Made by a program: the position numbers and the translations under genes | The notes under the pieces: generated by a model | The model's input: the letters and a program-made list of their open reading frames with translations, nothing else | What the model was told of the DNA's origin: nothing | Database searches by the model: none | Source of the DNA: Eledone cirrhosa | Lineage: Eukaryota | Reading direction: 5' to 3' | NCBI GenBank assembly: GCA_964016885.1 | Contig: OZ024745.1 | Span: forward strand, 41,664,001 to 41,728,000 | DNA length: 64,000 nucleotides | In this document: piece by piece, positions 14,001-23,958 of the stretch | Position numbering within the stretch: the first letter of the stretch is position 1 | Layout: the number at the start of each line of letters is the position of its first letter

Positions 14001-14213
14001 GAAATATGCCAACACAGCTTTGTAAATTTTGGAGCCCATTCTAACAGCTACCCATGCAGTTATCTGACTGCAGCTGCAGGTATTGGTATGGCAAAAACTG
14101 ATGTTGACACTTTTATAAATAGGCTAGATAAGGTACTTGCAAAGTTCAGCAACTGCAACATCAAGAATAAAGTAATATCTCAACCTTCTGAAGATACTAA
14201 TGCAACTTGGTAA
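1932..14213 (+). CDS. SEPSECS: O-phosphoseryl-tRNA(Sec) selenium transferase (SepSecS), spliced gene; coding exons 1932-2045, 2852-3006, 4036-4154, 5539-5697, 6249-6402, 8339-8441, 8960-9089, 10643-10828, 12481-12562, 13973-14213; 1443 nt = 480 aa + stop
   Basis: All introns GT-AG and phases join in frame. Motifs [67 protein letters not shown] (PLP lysine), YPGRAS and [14 protein letters not shown] match SepSecS. Confidence 0.97.
2254..2389 (-). mobile_element. SINE family A, 5'-truncated, nested in the tail of a family B SINE
   Basis: Reverse complement of family A consensus; GTAAAATAAT repeated at both junctions. Confidence 0.85.
2852..3006 (+). CDS. SEPSECS: SepSecS coding exon 2
   Basis: ttcag|CGG ... 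TAT AG|gtaac; [10 protein letters not shown]...AKRHYR. Confidence 0.96.
3078..3185 (-). mobile_element. SINE family B ((TGA)n-tailed, RTE-associated)
   Basis: Reverse complement of GTTGGTGTCAGGAAGGGCATCCAGCTGTAAAA...CAACCTATGCCAGCATGGAAAA...(TGA)n. Confidence 0.75.
4036..4154 (+). CDS. SEPSECS: SepSecS coding exon 3
   Basis: tcaag|A TTA GGT CAT ... AGT G|gtaaat; [22 protein letters not shown]. Confidence 0.95.
4200..4880. repeat. Degenerate intronic minisatellite, unit about 33-35 bp (TTTACTGTTATGTCAACATATCCTTGTTGATAAAG-like)
   Basis: Recurrent ctgttatgtcaacata / gttgataaa words across about 680 bp. Confidence 0.75.
4910..5200 (+). mobile_element. RTE/Expander-like LINE 3' end
   Basis: Homologous to 43290-43380 (CAGGTAGAG.CGCTACTTCTCCGAATTGA.AGATCACA); GRRPKGR motif. 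Confidence 0.7.
5539..5697 (+). CDS. SEPSECS: SepSecS coding exon 4
   Basis: tttcag|GT GTG CAT ... GCA G|gtcagt; [10 protein letters not shown]...[12 protein letters not shown]. Confidence 0.96.
5755..5990. repeat. Intronic minisatellite, unit about 38 bp (CATATCTGTGTAAATCTCTGAATATCTCATAACCTCCAT-like)
   Basis: About 6 diverged tandem units. Confidence 0.7.
6249..6402 (+). CDS. SEPSECS: SepSecS coding exon 5
   Basis: gtcag|GT TTC CAG ... GAT AG|gtatgt; GDELRTD...[13 protein letters not shown]. Confidence 0.96.
6705..6865 (-). mobile_element. Older SINE of the family A superfamily
   Basis: GACTGGTACTTTTTTTATCGACC...GGATGAAAG...ACCTCGGCGGGATTTGAACTCAG...TTCTGCCAATTCGCCGC. Confidence 0.75.
8110..8315 (+). 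mobile_element. SINE family B
   Basis: GTGGTTGGCGTTAAGAAGGGCATCCAGCCATAGAAA...CTAACCCATGCTAG. Confidence 0.75.
8339..8441 (+). CDS. SEPSECS: SepSecS coding exon 6
   Basis: ctgtag|A CTA GAA ... CAG|gttagt; LEEIAKLC...[10 protein letters not shown]. Confidence 0.96.
8960..9089 (+). CDS. SEPSECS: SepSecS coding exon 7
   Basis: tccag|GCC GCA ... CCA G|gtaagt; [20 protein letters not shown]. Confidence 0.97.
9340..9597 (+). mobile_element. SINE family B
   Basis: Same consensus as 9715-9885 and 18310-18580; (TGA)n tail. Confidence 0.8.
9715..9885 (+). mobile_element. SINE family B
   Basis: Close direct copy of 9421-9597. Confidence 0.8.
10405..10600 (-). mobile_element. SINE family A
   Basis: ACTGGTACTTTATTTTATCGACCCCGTAAGGATGAAAGGC...CTACCGATACTGCCAATCCACTGCCC. 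Confidence 0.85.
10643..10828 (+). CDS. SEPSECS: SepSecS coding exon 8
   Basis: tccag|GC AGG GCC ... ATG G|gtaagt; [19 protein letters not shown]...NQISM. Confidence 0.96.
12481..12562 (+). CDS. SEPSECS: SepSecS coding exon 9
   Basis: cacag|CA ATG ACT ... ACA AG|gtatgt; [17 protein letters not shown]. Confidence 0.95.
13973..14213 (+). CDS. SEPSECS: SepSecS last coding exon
   Basis: ggtag|G GTG ATT ... TGG TAA; [21 protein letters not shown]...FINRLDK. Confidence 0.95.
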
Positions 14214-14247
14214 TGGTAAACATACCAATGATGAATTTAGTAGTAGT

Positions 14248-14342
14248 AATAAAAAGATATATCCAGTAATGATGTAAGTATTTAAGATATGCTTGTGATT
14301 ACTAATGTAATTAATATAAATCATTTTTACATTTATAATAAA
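14248..14342 (+). terminator. Candidate SepSecS polyadenylation signals
   Basis: AATAAA at 14248-14253 and 14337-14342, downstream of the stop codon. Confidence 0.4.
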
Positions 14343-14623
14343 AATCACCTTAAAACACTTTGTCAAATTATCTCCTTTTGTTTATGAACTATACTGCTAA
14401 TAACATATAGCAGCCCACAACTCTTATTAAATCAATTCCAATATATTACTGGTATGTATTTCATTATACTTGGAGAAATAACACCTTGAGATGTATCTAG
14501 CTGTAAATTGAACTCAGAATTTATGAGAAAGTGCTTTACTAACTTTTCAATTACAGCTTCTAATTTGACTAAATCAAGTTTTGTTGAAATATTACAAAGT
14601 CAATGTGAAGAACAAAAATTAAC

Positions 14624-14669
14624 TTTATTATTCATATATATATCTGCACCACAGCAAAGTTTGTTTATT
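14624..14669 (-). terminator. Candidate MRPS26 polyadenylation signals
   Basis: TTTATT on + at 14624-14629 and 14664-14669. Confidence 0.4.
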
Positions 14670-14698
14670 TTTCTTTAACAAAAACCCCCAAAATATAA

Positions 14699-14878
14699 CT
14701 ATGATTTAGATTTTTCATTTTCTTCTAATAACTTCTGTTCATCTTCTTCTAATACCTTCTGTTCATCTTCTTTAAAAATATTTCCTTTTTTATCAATTGC
14801 AAAATTATAATCAACTTTGGAGTCTATAGCCTTTGCAATGTGTTTATCGAGATCTTCAAGGGAGATAAATGGTTTGTC
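14699..14878 (-). CDS. MRPS26: MRPS26 last exon
   Basis: catttcag|GAC AAA CCA ... TCA TAG. Confidence 0.92.
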   Translation of the reverse strand, partial: DKPFISLEDLDKHIAKAIDSKVDYNFAIDKKGNIFKEDEQKVLEEDEQKLLEENEKSKS

Positions 14879-17800
14879 CTGAAATGAGAAGAGAATAATT
14901 ATATATTTATTTTTAAATGCGTGTATGGGGTGGGGTGGGAAGATCCAAAATAAAATAAAAGTGTTCATGTAATACAAGTAAAAAAAAAGTGTAGGTTATC
15001 TGCAGCTGAGTGGACGTCAAGTACAACTGATACAATCTATAAGAGCAGTCTATTAGGCTTAGAGATTTGGGCCTGGAATCCAGAAGATATGAAAATGAGG
15101 TGAACATGCTCAGATGGATGTGCATGGATGATGGAGACAAATGAGCTGAGAGAAGTGGAATCAGATGCATGCAGTGTGCAAGAGAAACGACTGTTGGTAC
15201 AAGCATGGGACGTGTATGGAGAGTACCAGCTATGTAAATTATCAAGCACTTAAAGTAGATGGAACCAGTAGAAAGAAACCTAAGAAGTCATGAAATGAAT
15301 TGTTGGAGACTGAAATCAAAATGCTGAACCTCACAGAGATTACAAAAGATTGCAAGGAATAGTGACTCATGATCCTAGAGAAAAGTGGTTGATAATCAAA
15401 CACTGACAACACAGAGTAGGGAAAACTCTTCAGTCATGGCAATCATACAGCAAACTCTTTAGTGCTGATATCATAATAAAATGCCCCCAGAACTCTGTAA
15501 AACGGTTGTTAGAAAGGTTTTCCAATAAAAAAAGAAATTTGAACCCTGCAAGCTGTTTCAATAGGAAGGGATTCAGAGTTCGAGGGACCCTTTAATCTTG
15601 TTACAGGCAATCTCTCTAGTCATGCTGAACACATAAGAATCAATATAAAATAGAGAAGATACTTTAGCTGGAAAAAATACTGATGTATGAAACATTTCGG
15701 CATTGGCAGCTTGTATTTGCAATCATATTCTTTCAGTCTTCACCAAAAATTCATGACCATAGGTAAGGCTAGGCCGAAATATCAAATTCATGGTAGCAAG
15801 TTTGGCTTTTACATATACCTCCCTTCTTCTGATGACCAAGACCTGAAGCTGGCATATTATTGCACCGGCTCCAACAATTCTTGCATTTAACTATGAGACC
15901 TGACACAACTTATCAGTAAGAAAAAAGAGGGGGAAAGGATGGAAGGAAATGCTGCTGGTGGTAAACAAGATTATGGTGATGATAAATAAATATAAAAGAT
16001 ATCATGGAGGCACATGGCTTAGTGGTTAGAGCATTGGCCTTGTAATCGAAAGGTTGTGAGTTCAATTCTCAGACCGGGTGATGTGTTGTTTCCTTGAACA
16101 AGACACTTTATTTCACATTGCTCCAGCTTACTCAGCTGTAGAAATGAGATGATAGGGACTGGGGTCCATATCATTCCACTGCAAAGTGGTCGTGGAGTTG
16201 CCACGGTAAAAAAGCACCCAGCACTCACTGCAAATGAGGTTGGTGTTAGGAAGGGCATCCAGCTGTAGAAATCAAGCCAGAATCAGTACCCGTCCCACCC
16301 TTGCAAGCAGCGAAAATCGGACGTAAAATGAAATGATGAATGATCGTTACCCTTTCAGCATGGAATGTTTCTTCAGCTTTTATCATCCTCTCAAGTCTGT
16401 ATTGTTGATAGCTCTCTGCCTTCAATCTTTTACTCTCAGCTTCCTCCTCTGATAATCTGGCCATATCAGCTTCTCTACAATAAAAACACCAATATAACAC
16501 ACACCTTTAGTCACAATATAATTTTCAATGTCACTGGTTTGTGACAGCTTTAACTTATGAAGGACTGGATGTTTATAGAATATATGTTGTCTCTAATTTT
16601 AAAGTTTATGGTTTTGTTTCATTACACACAAGATGTTGATGACAATTATGACAATGGTACTCCTAATCCACTCTTACAGAAAGAATTATAAATATCATCA
16701 TCATTTTATGCCCCATTTCCATATTAGCATCGATTGAATGGGTCAGTGACCACTATTGCTTATTATGTCCCACATTTGGCATAGTTTCTATGACTAGATG
16801 CATTTCTTAACAGAAACCACCTTAATGGCTCGGCTGTACACATTTTTGTGAAACCAGTATGGGTGTGTGGGTGTGTGTTTCATGACACCAACAAAATGGA
16901 CTAAGTACATTTTATCGTGGGACTAACACTTACAGTTTACAGAGTGTAGTGAGTGCATTTTATTGTGGTATTAACATGAGAGGAGTTATGCTAGGCCAGA
17001 CTGGACAGTCACTCCAATCCTATATTGTCTCTTTTCGATTTCAATTACCAAACTCTGTATCTTCGAATCTGTCACCACATTTACATTTAGTGTTGCAACT
17101 TGTACTGGTGAATGTGTCTCTTGCATTAAGGCATATCAACACTCAGCTCAGTCATGTGTCATCTTTGTGAGGTACAGTTTCTTGAGGTCGTTTTTCATAA
17201 CTTCGCTCCCATGTCTTCCTTGGTCTCACTCTTCCACAGATTCCATTCACCTCAAAGGCCCAGCACTTTTTATACAACCTTCACTCTCTTTATGCATCAC
17301 ATGCTCATACCAGTGCAAGTGTCTCTCCTGCATGCTACAATCAATTCCTCATACTCAGTTTTTCTCTCAGTTCACTTGTACTTTGTTGTTAACACATACA
17401 CTCACTGACATTGCTCATCGAATGAAGCGTGCATGCTTCATTTCTTTTTAGGCATCGCAAATCTTCTGAAATCAGGGCCCTCATCTTGCTGCCATGCAGC
17501 ATTGCTGTTTGAACATATATATCCTATAATCTACCCTTTAGTCTAAATAGTAACATCTCCTTGAACTTCACTTTAACAATAACAATTTTAGTGCATCCAC
17601 CTTTATGCTAATGAAGCCTGCTAGATAGAAAAGCTAATTACTACTACTTGTAAGATTTCTGAACATTTGAGGGAGTTTGTTTTCCATGTACTCTAACTGT
17701 TGACTAATCATGTGCAGCTGCTACTCATCAAATTTACCCTTCCTATCAGTCTACATCTTTTATGTTCCCAGTCTACTGTATACACTGCATGAAATGGTGA

Positions 17801-20800
17801 CACTCCTTTTCTACACATCTGCAAAAGGCTTCTCCCTCAAAATGAAAGGCAGACTGTATGATGCGTGTATCCGAACAGCAATGTTACATGGTAGTGAGAC
17901 CTGGGCGCTGAAGGTGGAAGACTTACGTAGATTAGAAAGAAACGAAGCCTGCATGCTCCGATGGATGTGTAATAGTAATATACGCGAACGACAAAGCATA
18001 AGAGGAATCAAATGCTGTGTGCAGAAGAGGCGGTTGCGTTGGTATGGACATGTGATGCGTATGAAGGACGACAGCTGCATAAAAAGGTGCAGAGTACTAG
18101 AAGTCAATGGAAACCACGGAGTGGGGCGACCCAAGAAGACCTGGGATGAGGTGATAAAAGCCAACCATACCGAATTACACCTCTTACACCTCTCAAAGGC
18201 GATGACACATGACCGTGACCTCTGGCGTCATGCAGTAATACAGAGTACCCGACCTCCCATGTGTATAAGCTGAAGCATATAGACAATATGCCCCCACACC
18301 CTCCCACTGGAAGGTGGTCGTGGAGGTGCCATGGCAAAAAAGCACCCAGCCCACACTGTAAAGTGGACATGTAGGCGCCACGGAAAAAGCACCCAGCACT
18401 CACTGTAAATGAGGTTGGTGTTAGGAAGGGCATCCAGCTGTAGAAATCAAGCCAAAATCAGTTCCTGTATGAGCAAGGCATGGTCAGCCGACCAGACACT
18501 GCCCACAACAGGACAACCCGTCTAACCCATGCTAGCATAGAAAAACGGGCGTAAAACGGTGATGATGATGATGATGATGAGCATGGCTATTTCCCTGATT
18601 GTAGCAGAGTCTTATTCATTTTCTTACTAAAACTTTAGTCTTTGCTAGGTTTACTTTGAAACAATTAGATTCCAGATTTAGCTTCCATGTCAAACTTTTT
18701 TCTAGTTCTTTCATTTCAGTTTTGAGGACTAGATCATCAGTATATAGAAGCTCCCACAAACAATCTTTTTGCTATGGCCTGGAGGACTATAATAAACAGG
18801 AGGTATTTGAGACTGAGTCTTGGTGGATCCCTAACCATACACTAAATTCATTACTATAGTCATTGCTAACTCTTACTTTGCTAGTTTTGCCTCTGTATCA
18901 TCATCATCATCATCGTTTTACGTCCGTTCTTCCACGCTAGCATGGGTTAAACGGGTTGTCCTGTTGTGGGCAGTGTATATACCCTTAATAGCCTTCACAA
19001 GTCATTCCTCTATCCCCAACTTCCTCAGTGATCATCAAATTATAGAGTGTGGGATTCTGTCAAAGGCCTTTTCTAAGTTGGTAAATATAAGAACCTATTC
19101 TTAGCTAAATACTTTTCCTGCAACTGAGTGTCTAGGAAGTTAACATCCATAGCCCTACTCCTGGGCACAAAACCAAACTGCATCACATCAAATTTAATTC
19201 TGTCTCTAATTAATTATGCAACAACTCTTTTAATGACCATCATAATCTGATTCAACAGTTTGATGCCTCAGTAATTTCCTCTATCTCCTTTGCCTTTGTA
19301 ACATTTGAAAATGAAGCTGTACTCCAATCATTCGATATGACACCTTCCTACACTGCCTAATTATCTATGCATGTAATTATCTTGTGACCTACTCTACCTG
19401 TTAGTTTAATTATCTCGGCAACAATTCCAGCTAGGCTGGTTGATTTTCCTACCTTCATATACTTAATAGCTTTATCCACCATACTGCTCTCAAAACTTTG
19501 ATGGTTGGGTCTACTTAAACTAGACTCTGGCTTTCCCATGCATTTTTCTCATTCAACAATCTTACATTGTAACAGTTCCAAGCTTCTTTCTTTCAGCATC
19601 AGTGAGAGCACTGTCATTCCACACAAACTTCTCTCCCTCATCTCAGTTCTTCCTGATACACTGTCTTGCAATCCAGAACAACATTTGAGAGAAATGTTTC
19701 TATTACTTTGTTTTATAATCATACTGTTCCCTCTTTCAACCTCAGAACCACCACAACCCTTCTATTAACACTTTCAATCATGTTTGCATTGATAGAATGG
19801 AGCAGAGAAGACTTATTAACTTTGAAAGGTCTAAGGAAACATCTCTGGTGTTGGTACTACTATAAGATGCACCCAGTTCATTCAGTAAAATGGTTGGCAA
19901 ATGAATGGAGACAAATTAAAGCAGAGAGACCTCTTTAGTCTTTTTGGGAACATGACAACATCCCTAGTGCTGGGGCACCAAGTATACTCTGTAAAGTAGT
20001 TAGTGTTATAGAGAACATAAAGCTATAAAGACTTACCAAACTTACGCCATCATAATGATGAAATATATATACAGAATAATATTTACAGAAATATAAAAAC
20101 AAAATATTCACTCTTAATCCATATTACTCACCTTTCCAGTGCCACCTGGGCATTCCATTTATCATTTTCTAATAATAATAGTTTAAAATCTTCAAGTTTA
20201 CTCTGATTTACCACAATTTTCGGTTTTTCTGAGATCTCTTTTAAGAAATATGTTCTGTAAAATCAAACATTAATACAGCTTAACAATCAATTCTTTAAGA
20301 AATAGTGTCATAAGAAAAGAAAGTTATAAACCCCTCGTTTGCTGCTTCTACCCACTCACCACCTTAAAGGAGAAACAACAGAGGATGAAATATATCAGCT
20401 ACACAGACATTGGCTGATGAATGTAGGAGACAGATGTAGCTGGTATAGACATGGAATGAGAATGGATGATGCATACTAGCTGAAAACCAGTGTGTGCTCT
20501 GAACATATTTCTACTCTCTCTTTTCCTGCACACTGAGCAATGTCATTTCCCTGATGGGACCGGGGCCCTGTTTTCTATTCTACTTACTAGGACTTTAGTC
20601 TTTGCCAAGTTGACTTTAAGACCTTTTGCTTCTGCCACAGATTAGGCTATGAGGATTAGATCATTGGCATACAGGAGTTCTCATACCAACCAGTCTTAAA
20701 CACTTCCATTGTGGATTGGCAGTATCGGTAGAGGGTCGGACGCCATGCTTTCCAGCATAGTTACGTCCCTTTACGATCTGAGTTCAAATCCCGCCGAGGT

Positions 20801-22702
20801 TGACTTTGCCTTTCATCCTTACGGGGTCGATAAAATAAAGTACCAGTAATGCACTGGGTAATTGCTGGCCTTGTGCCTAAAGTAGAAACAATTATAGCCT
20901 GCAGGACGATAATAAACAGGAAAGGGCTAAAACATAGCCCTGATTAATAAACGCCTATTTGCACAATAAATTGTCTGCTCATCTGTACATGGTTTGTACC
21001 ACCCTTACAAGCCACTCATCTACTCTTAGTTTTCTAAGAGCCCACTAGATTATGGAAAGTGGGGACTCTGTCAAATGCTTTCTCTGGGTCAACAAATACC
21101 AAGCAGAGGTACTTATTTTTAGCTCTATACCTCTAGAGTTGCCTCACAAGGAAGGTGTCAGTGGTGCAAATCCAAACTGCATCTCATCTAGGTTAATTTG
21201 GTCCTTAACCAGTTGTGCAATAACTCTTTCAGTAATTTTCATGGCATGGTCCATCAACTTATAGTTTTTTCTGTCTAGTGCATCTCTTTCGCTCTTGCAA
21301 CAGTTGACGATGCAGCTGCTATACGGGAGATTAAGGTGTGAACAACCATCCCAGAGGATTTTACTTTTTTGTTGTTGTCTTTTTTGTACAATAATGAACA
21401 AAATCATTGTTAAATACAGGTTTCTAATTGGTCAATAACTGGGTTGTTGGATTAACAAGAGTGGCAAAGGATTGACTCGAAAACTTGGACAGAACAAATA
21501 TCACAAATGATTTTCGTTAGAAAGAGCTAGCTTATTTGTTTACACCCACCACATGTGACAGTGAAATAATTGTTTCTACTTTTTGGCACAAGGCCAGCAA
21601 ATACCCAGTGCATTACTGGTACTTTATTTTATCGACCCATGAGGATGAAAGGCAAAGTTAACCTCGGCGGGATTTGAACTCAGACTGTAAAGGGACGTAA
21701 CTATGCTAGAAAGCATGGCGTCCAACCCTCTACCGATACTGCCAATATAGAAACAGACTGTGAGAATGAACAACATACAATATCAAAAAGGGACAGAGAA
21801 TCATATCATACAGAGATGGTGAGAGAGAAAGAATCAAATATAAAGAGGGGTTGAGAGAGAAAGGGAACAGATCGAGAGAGAGTGAGAGCACGGTACAAAG
21901 AGGTAAGAAAAACAAAAATACAGAGATGATGAGCAAATGACTGAGAAACTAGTTAAATCAGATTTTTTTTCTTTTTATCAACAGCCCACTATAGACCAAA
22001 ACTTTGTTAACGGAAATGATAGTAATTTAATAAGCGGTTTACAAAATTTAAATCTAAATTTAATTCCAAAGAGAAGAAACCGGAACATTTTTCTCGGATG
22101 AATAAGACGAGATATTTTCATTCTCTTCAAAGATCTATAGTCAATAATTGTTTCTACGTTTGGCACAAGGCCAGAAATTACCCAGTGTATTACTGGTACT
22201 TTATTTTATCGACCCCGTAAGGATGAAAGGCAAAGTTAACCTCGGCGGGATTTGAACTCAGAATGGCAAGGGCCGTAACTATATGCGTCAAAGCATGGCG
22301 TCCGACCCTCTACCGATACTGCCAATCCACCGATACACACATTTATGCATCGTTTCTAAGACGGTCAAGTCTGTGATTTGAGTAGGATGTGCCCCCTATT
22401 TCTCGAAGGTCAAAATGTGTAAATGACGTGAAAGGTTAAGAGAGAAAGAAAACCTAGACACTTTACCGTATTGCTCGCAAACGAGTGTTATATTCATTAG
22501 TTAAGAACTTTAGTTTCTTAGCTTCTTCGGTATCCTCTGGTGTCGGTTTACGGACATAAAACTGTTTACTCTTAGCAATTGGCAAAAAGCGAGATTTCCT
22601 CCATCGTAAAGTTTGAAGCAATGGCCCAACTTGTCCTGTGGGGTGTGTTAGAGAGGTTAGTTCTTGTCTCAAAATAAGAGCTGAACGAATTTGGAAAGAC
22701 AT
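14699..22702 (-). CDS. MRPS26: Mitochondrial ribosomal protein S26 (mS26), spliced gene; exons 22702-22467, 20254-20132, 16474-16351, 14878-14699; 663 nt = 220 aa + stop
   Basis: GT-AG introns with compatible phases (2,2,0). N-terminal targeting-like peptide, RWRKSRFLPIAKSK, coiled-coil middle, and FISLEDLDKHIAKAIDSKVDYNFAIDKKG matching the mS26 C-terminal pattern. Confidence 0.92.
15040..15390 (+). mobile_element. Degraded RTE LINE 3' fragment
   Basis: Remnants of ETW, MLRWMC and R.WYGHV motifs; homologous to 17890-18240. Confidence 0.65.
16006..16150 (+). mobile_element. tRNA-derived SINE family C (V/CORE-like body)
   Basis: A box TGGCTTAGTGG, B box GAGTTCAATTCTC, then TCCTTGAACAAGACACTTTATTTCACATTGCTCCAG; acceptor and anticodon stems do not pair. 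Confidence 0.75.
16180..16343 (+). mobile_element. SINE family B
   Basis: GTTGGTGTTAGGAAGGGCATCCAGCTGTAGAAA...GGACGTAAAATGAAATGATGA. Confidence 0.8.
16351..16474 (-). CDS. MRPS26: MRPS26 exon 3
   Basis: ttgtag|A GAA GCT ... AGG|gtaacg; EADMARLSEEEAESKRLKAE. Confidence 0.9.
17800..18265 (+). mobile_element. RTE-clade LINE 3' fragment
   Basis: Translation KGRLYDACIRTAMLHGSETW...MLRWMC...RRLRWYGHVMR...GRPKKTW...DRDLWR. Confidence 0.9.
18310..18580 (+). mobile_element. SINE family B with an internally duplicated unit
   Basis: Two GCCA(C/T)GG..AAAAGCACCCAGC.CACTGTAAA units, then the core and (TGA)n tail. Confidence 0.8.
18975..19760 (-). mobile_element. Degraded RTE LINE RT fragment
   Basis: Minus-strand remnants of KAIKYMKVGK, MQFGFVPRSR and FTNLEKAFDR. 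Confidence 0.75.
20132..20254 (-). CDS. MRPS26: MRPS26 exon 2
   Basis: ttacag|A ACA TAT ... GAA AG|gtgagt; TYFLKEISEK...ENDKWNAQVALER. Confidence 0.9.
20711..20894 (+). mobile_element. SINE family A, near full length
   Basis: A box TGGCAGTATCGG, B box GAGTTCAAATCC, core and tail intact; interrupts an RTE fragment. Confidence 0.92.
20900..21340 (-). mobile_element. Degraded RTE LINE RT fragment
   Basis: DALDRKNYKLMDHAMKITERVI...DEMQFGF and VDPEKAFDRVP. Confidence 0.8.
21565..21745 (-). mobile_element. SINE family A
   Basis: Reverse complement of consensus. Confidence 0.92.
22144..22332 (-). mobile_element. SINE family A
   Basis: Reverse complement of consensus. Confidence 0.92.
22467..22702 (-). 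CDS. MRPS26: MRPS26 exon 1
   Basis: ATG at 22702 (MSFQIRSALILRQ), donor CG|gtaaag at 22466. Confidence 0.9.
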
Positions 22703-22721
22703 AACTATCAATACCCTTCAA

Positions 22722-22730
22722 ACGGAAGTC
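22722..22730. promoter_or_regulatory. ETS/GABP-like motif just upstream of the MRPS26 start codon
   Basis: ACGGAAGT about 20 bp from the ATG; ETS sites are common at housekeeping and mitochondrial gene promoters. Confidence 0.35.
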
Positions 22731-23022
22731 ATCTATAGAGTAACACGGTGTCCACTTTAATTGTGTCCCTTAGTAATATAACTTCGAACGACAATATAGT
22801 TTTTAGTAATTTTTATTCATTTATTTATTTTATTCTTTTACTGATATCATTAGACTGCGGACCTACTGGACACCGCCTTTATTTAGTCGATCATATCGAA
22901 CGTAGTATTATGGCTTGTCAGTTTACCTGGAAAATTAAGTGTTTTATTAAATTCTTTTAGCAAGGGAATCAAGCCTGTATATTTTCCCTTTGAGTTATCT
23001 CACCATTAATATAAGAATTGCA

Positions 23023-23212
23023 GTGAATTGGCAGTATCGATAGAGGGTCGGACGCCATGCTTTGACGCATAGAGTTACAACCCTTGTCATTCTGAGTTCA
23101 AATCCCGCCGAGGTTAACTTTGCCTTTCATCCTTACGGGGTCGATAAAATAGAGTACCAGTAATGTACTAGATAATTGCTGGCCTTGTGCCAAAAGTAGA
23201 AACAATTATTAT
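23023..23212 (+). mobile_element. SINE family A
   Basis: Consensus match with (ATT)n tail. Confidence 0.9.
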
Positions 23213-23269
23213 AAGAATGAATACTCATCATCACTAACCCTAATAATATGGGCTCAGGCGGTGGGGTGG

Positions 23270-23760
23270 GCTTTCTGGCATGCAGAACCTTAGTTGCAAG
23301 CCATATGATGGTCCCAGCTGAGAACAGAATGGAGAAAGCGTTGCTTCGGAGGATGGCGAGGGAGACTCGATTCAGAACGCCGGAAGTCTCCACCGCTACA
23401 GGTTCGACGATATATCTTCGACAGCTTGCGATCTCTGGCTTGTCAGAAGGCACCAGGTTGCCACGGGGGAGAAAGCGTCGCTACATGTTGCGTCCCAGAT
23501 GAAGGGCTTACTTCACGGGTCGATAAGATTGTTATGGTATCTTACCTTCTTCCGACCTCTCCGTTCAACTGCACCGGTTTGAGCAGGGAAGCGTGCGGCG
23601 TCCACGCCATGTTTAATCATCTCGTTCAGAGTGACATTGCATTGGCGGTGACTTCCACCTTAAACCACATTAGTGTTTGTCGAGGATTCGGAGTTCCGAG
23701 TGGACAGTCGCTGTCCAACTCATTTCTGGTTGATAGCAAACATAAAACGGCGTCTCATTT
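23270..23760 (-). mobile_element. CRE-like non-LTR retrotransposon 3' fragment (restriction-like endonuclease region)
   Basis: EPVAVETSGV...RVSLAILRSNAFSIL; homologous pieces at 27540-27640 and 58290-58600. Confidence 0.7.
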
Positions 23761-23958
23761 CAATTAGGCAGGTGGGGGGGGGGGGGGGGGGGCAGTGCAG
23801 AAAGTTAAACTCTAATAGTAATTATTTGACAGTATTGGTAGATCGTCGGACACCATGCTTCGCGGCATAGGGTTACGATCCTTTACGTACTGATTTCAAA
23901 TCCCGCCGAAGTTAGCTTTACCTTTATTTTCATATATGTATGTATATATATATATATA

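Noticed and set aside
14214-14698. SECIS element or tRNA-Sec linked to SepSecS
   Set aside because: The CDS has no in-frame TGA and I see no AUGA/GA kink-turn stem or tRNA-Sec fold
16006-16080. Possible tRNA gene (TGT anticodon-like)
   Set aside because: Stems do not pair and it runs into a SINE body; it is a tRNA-derived SINE head
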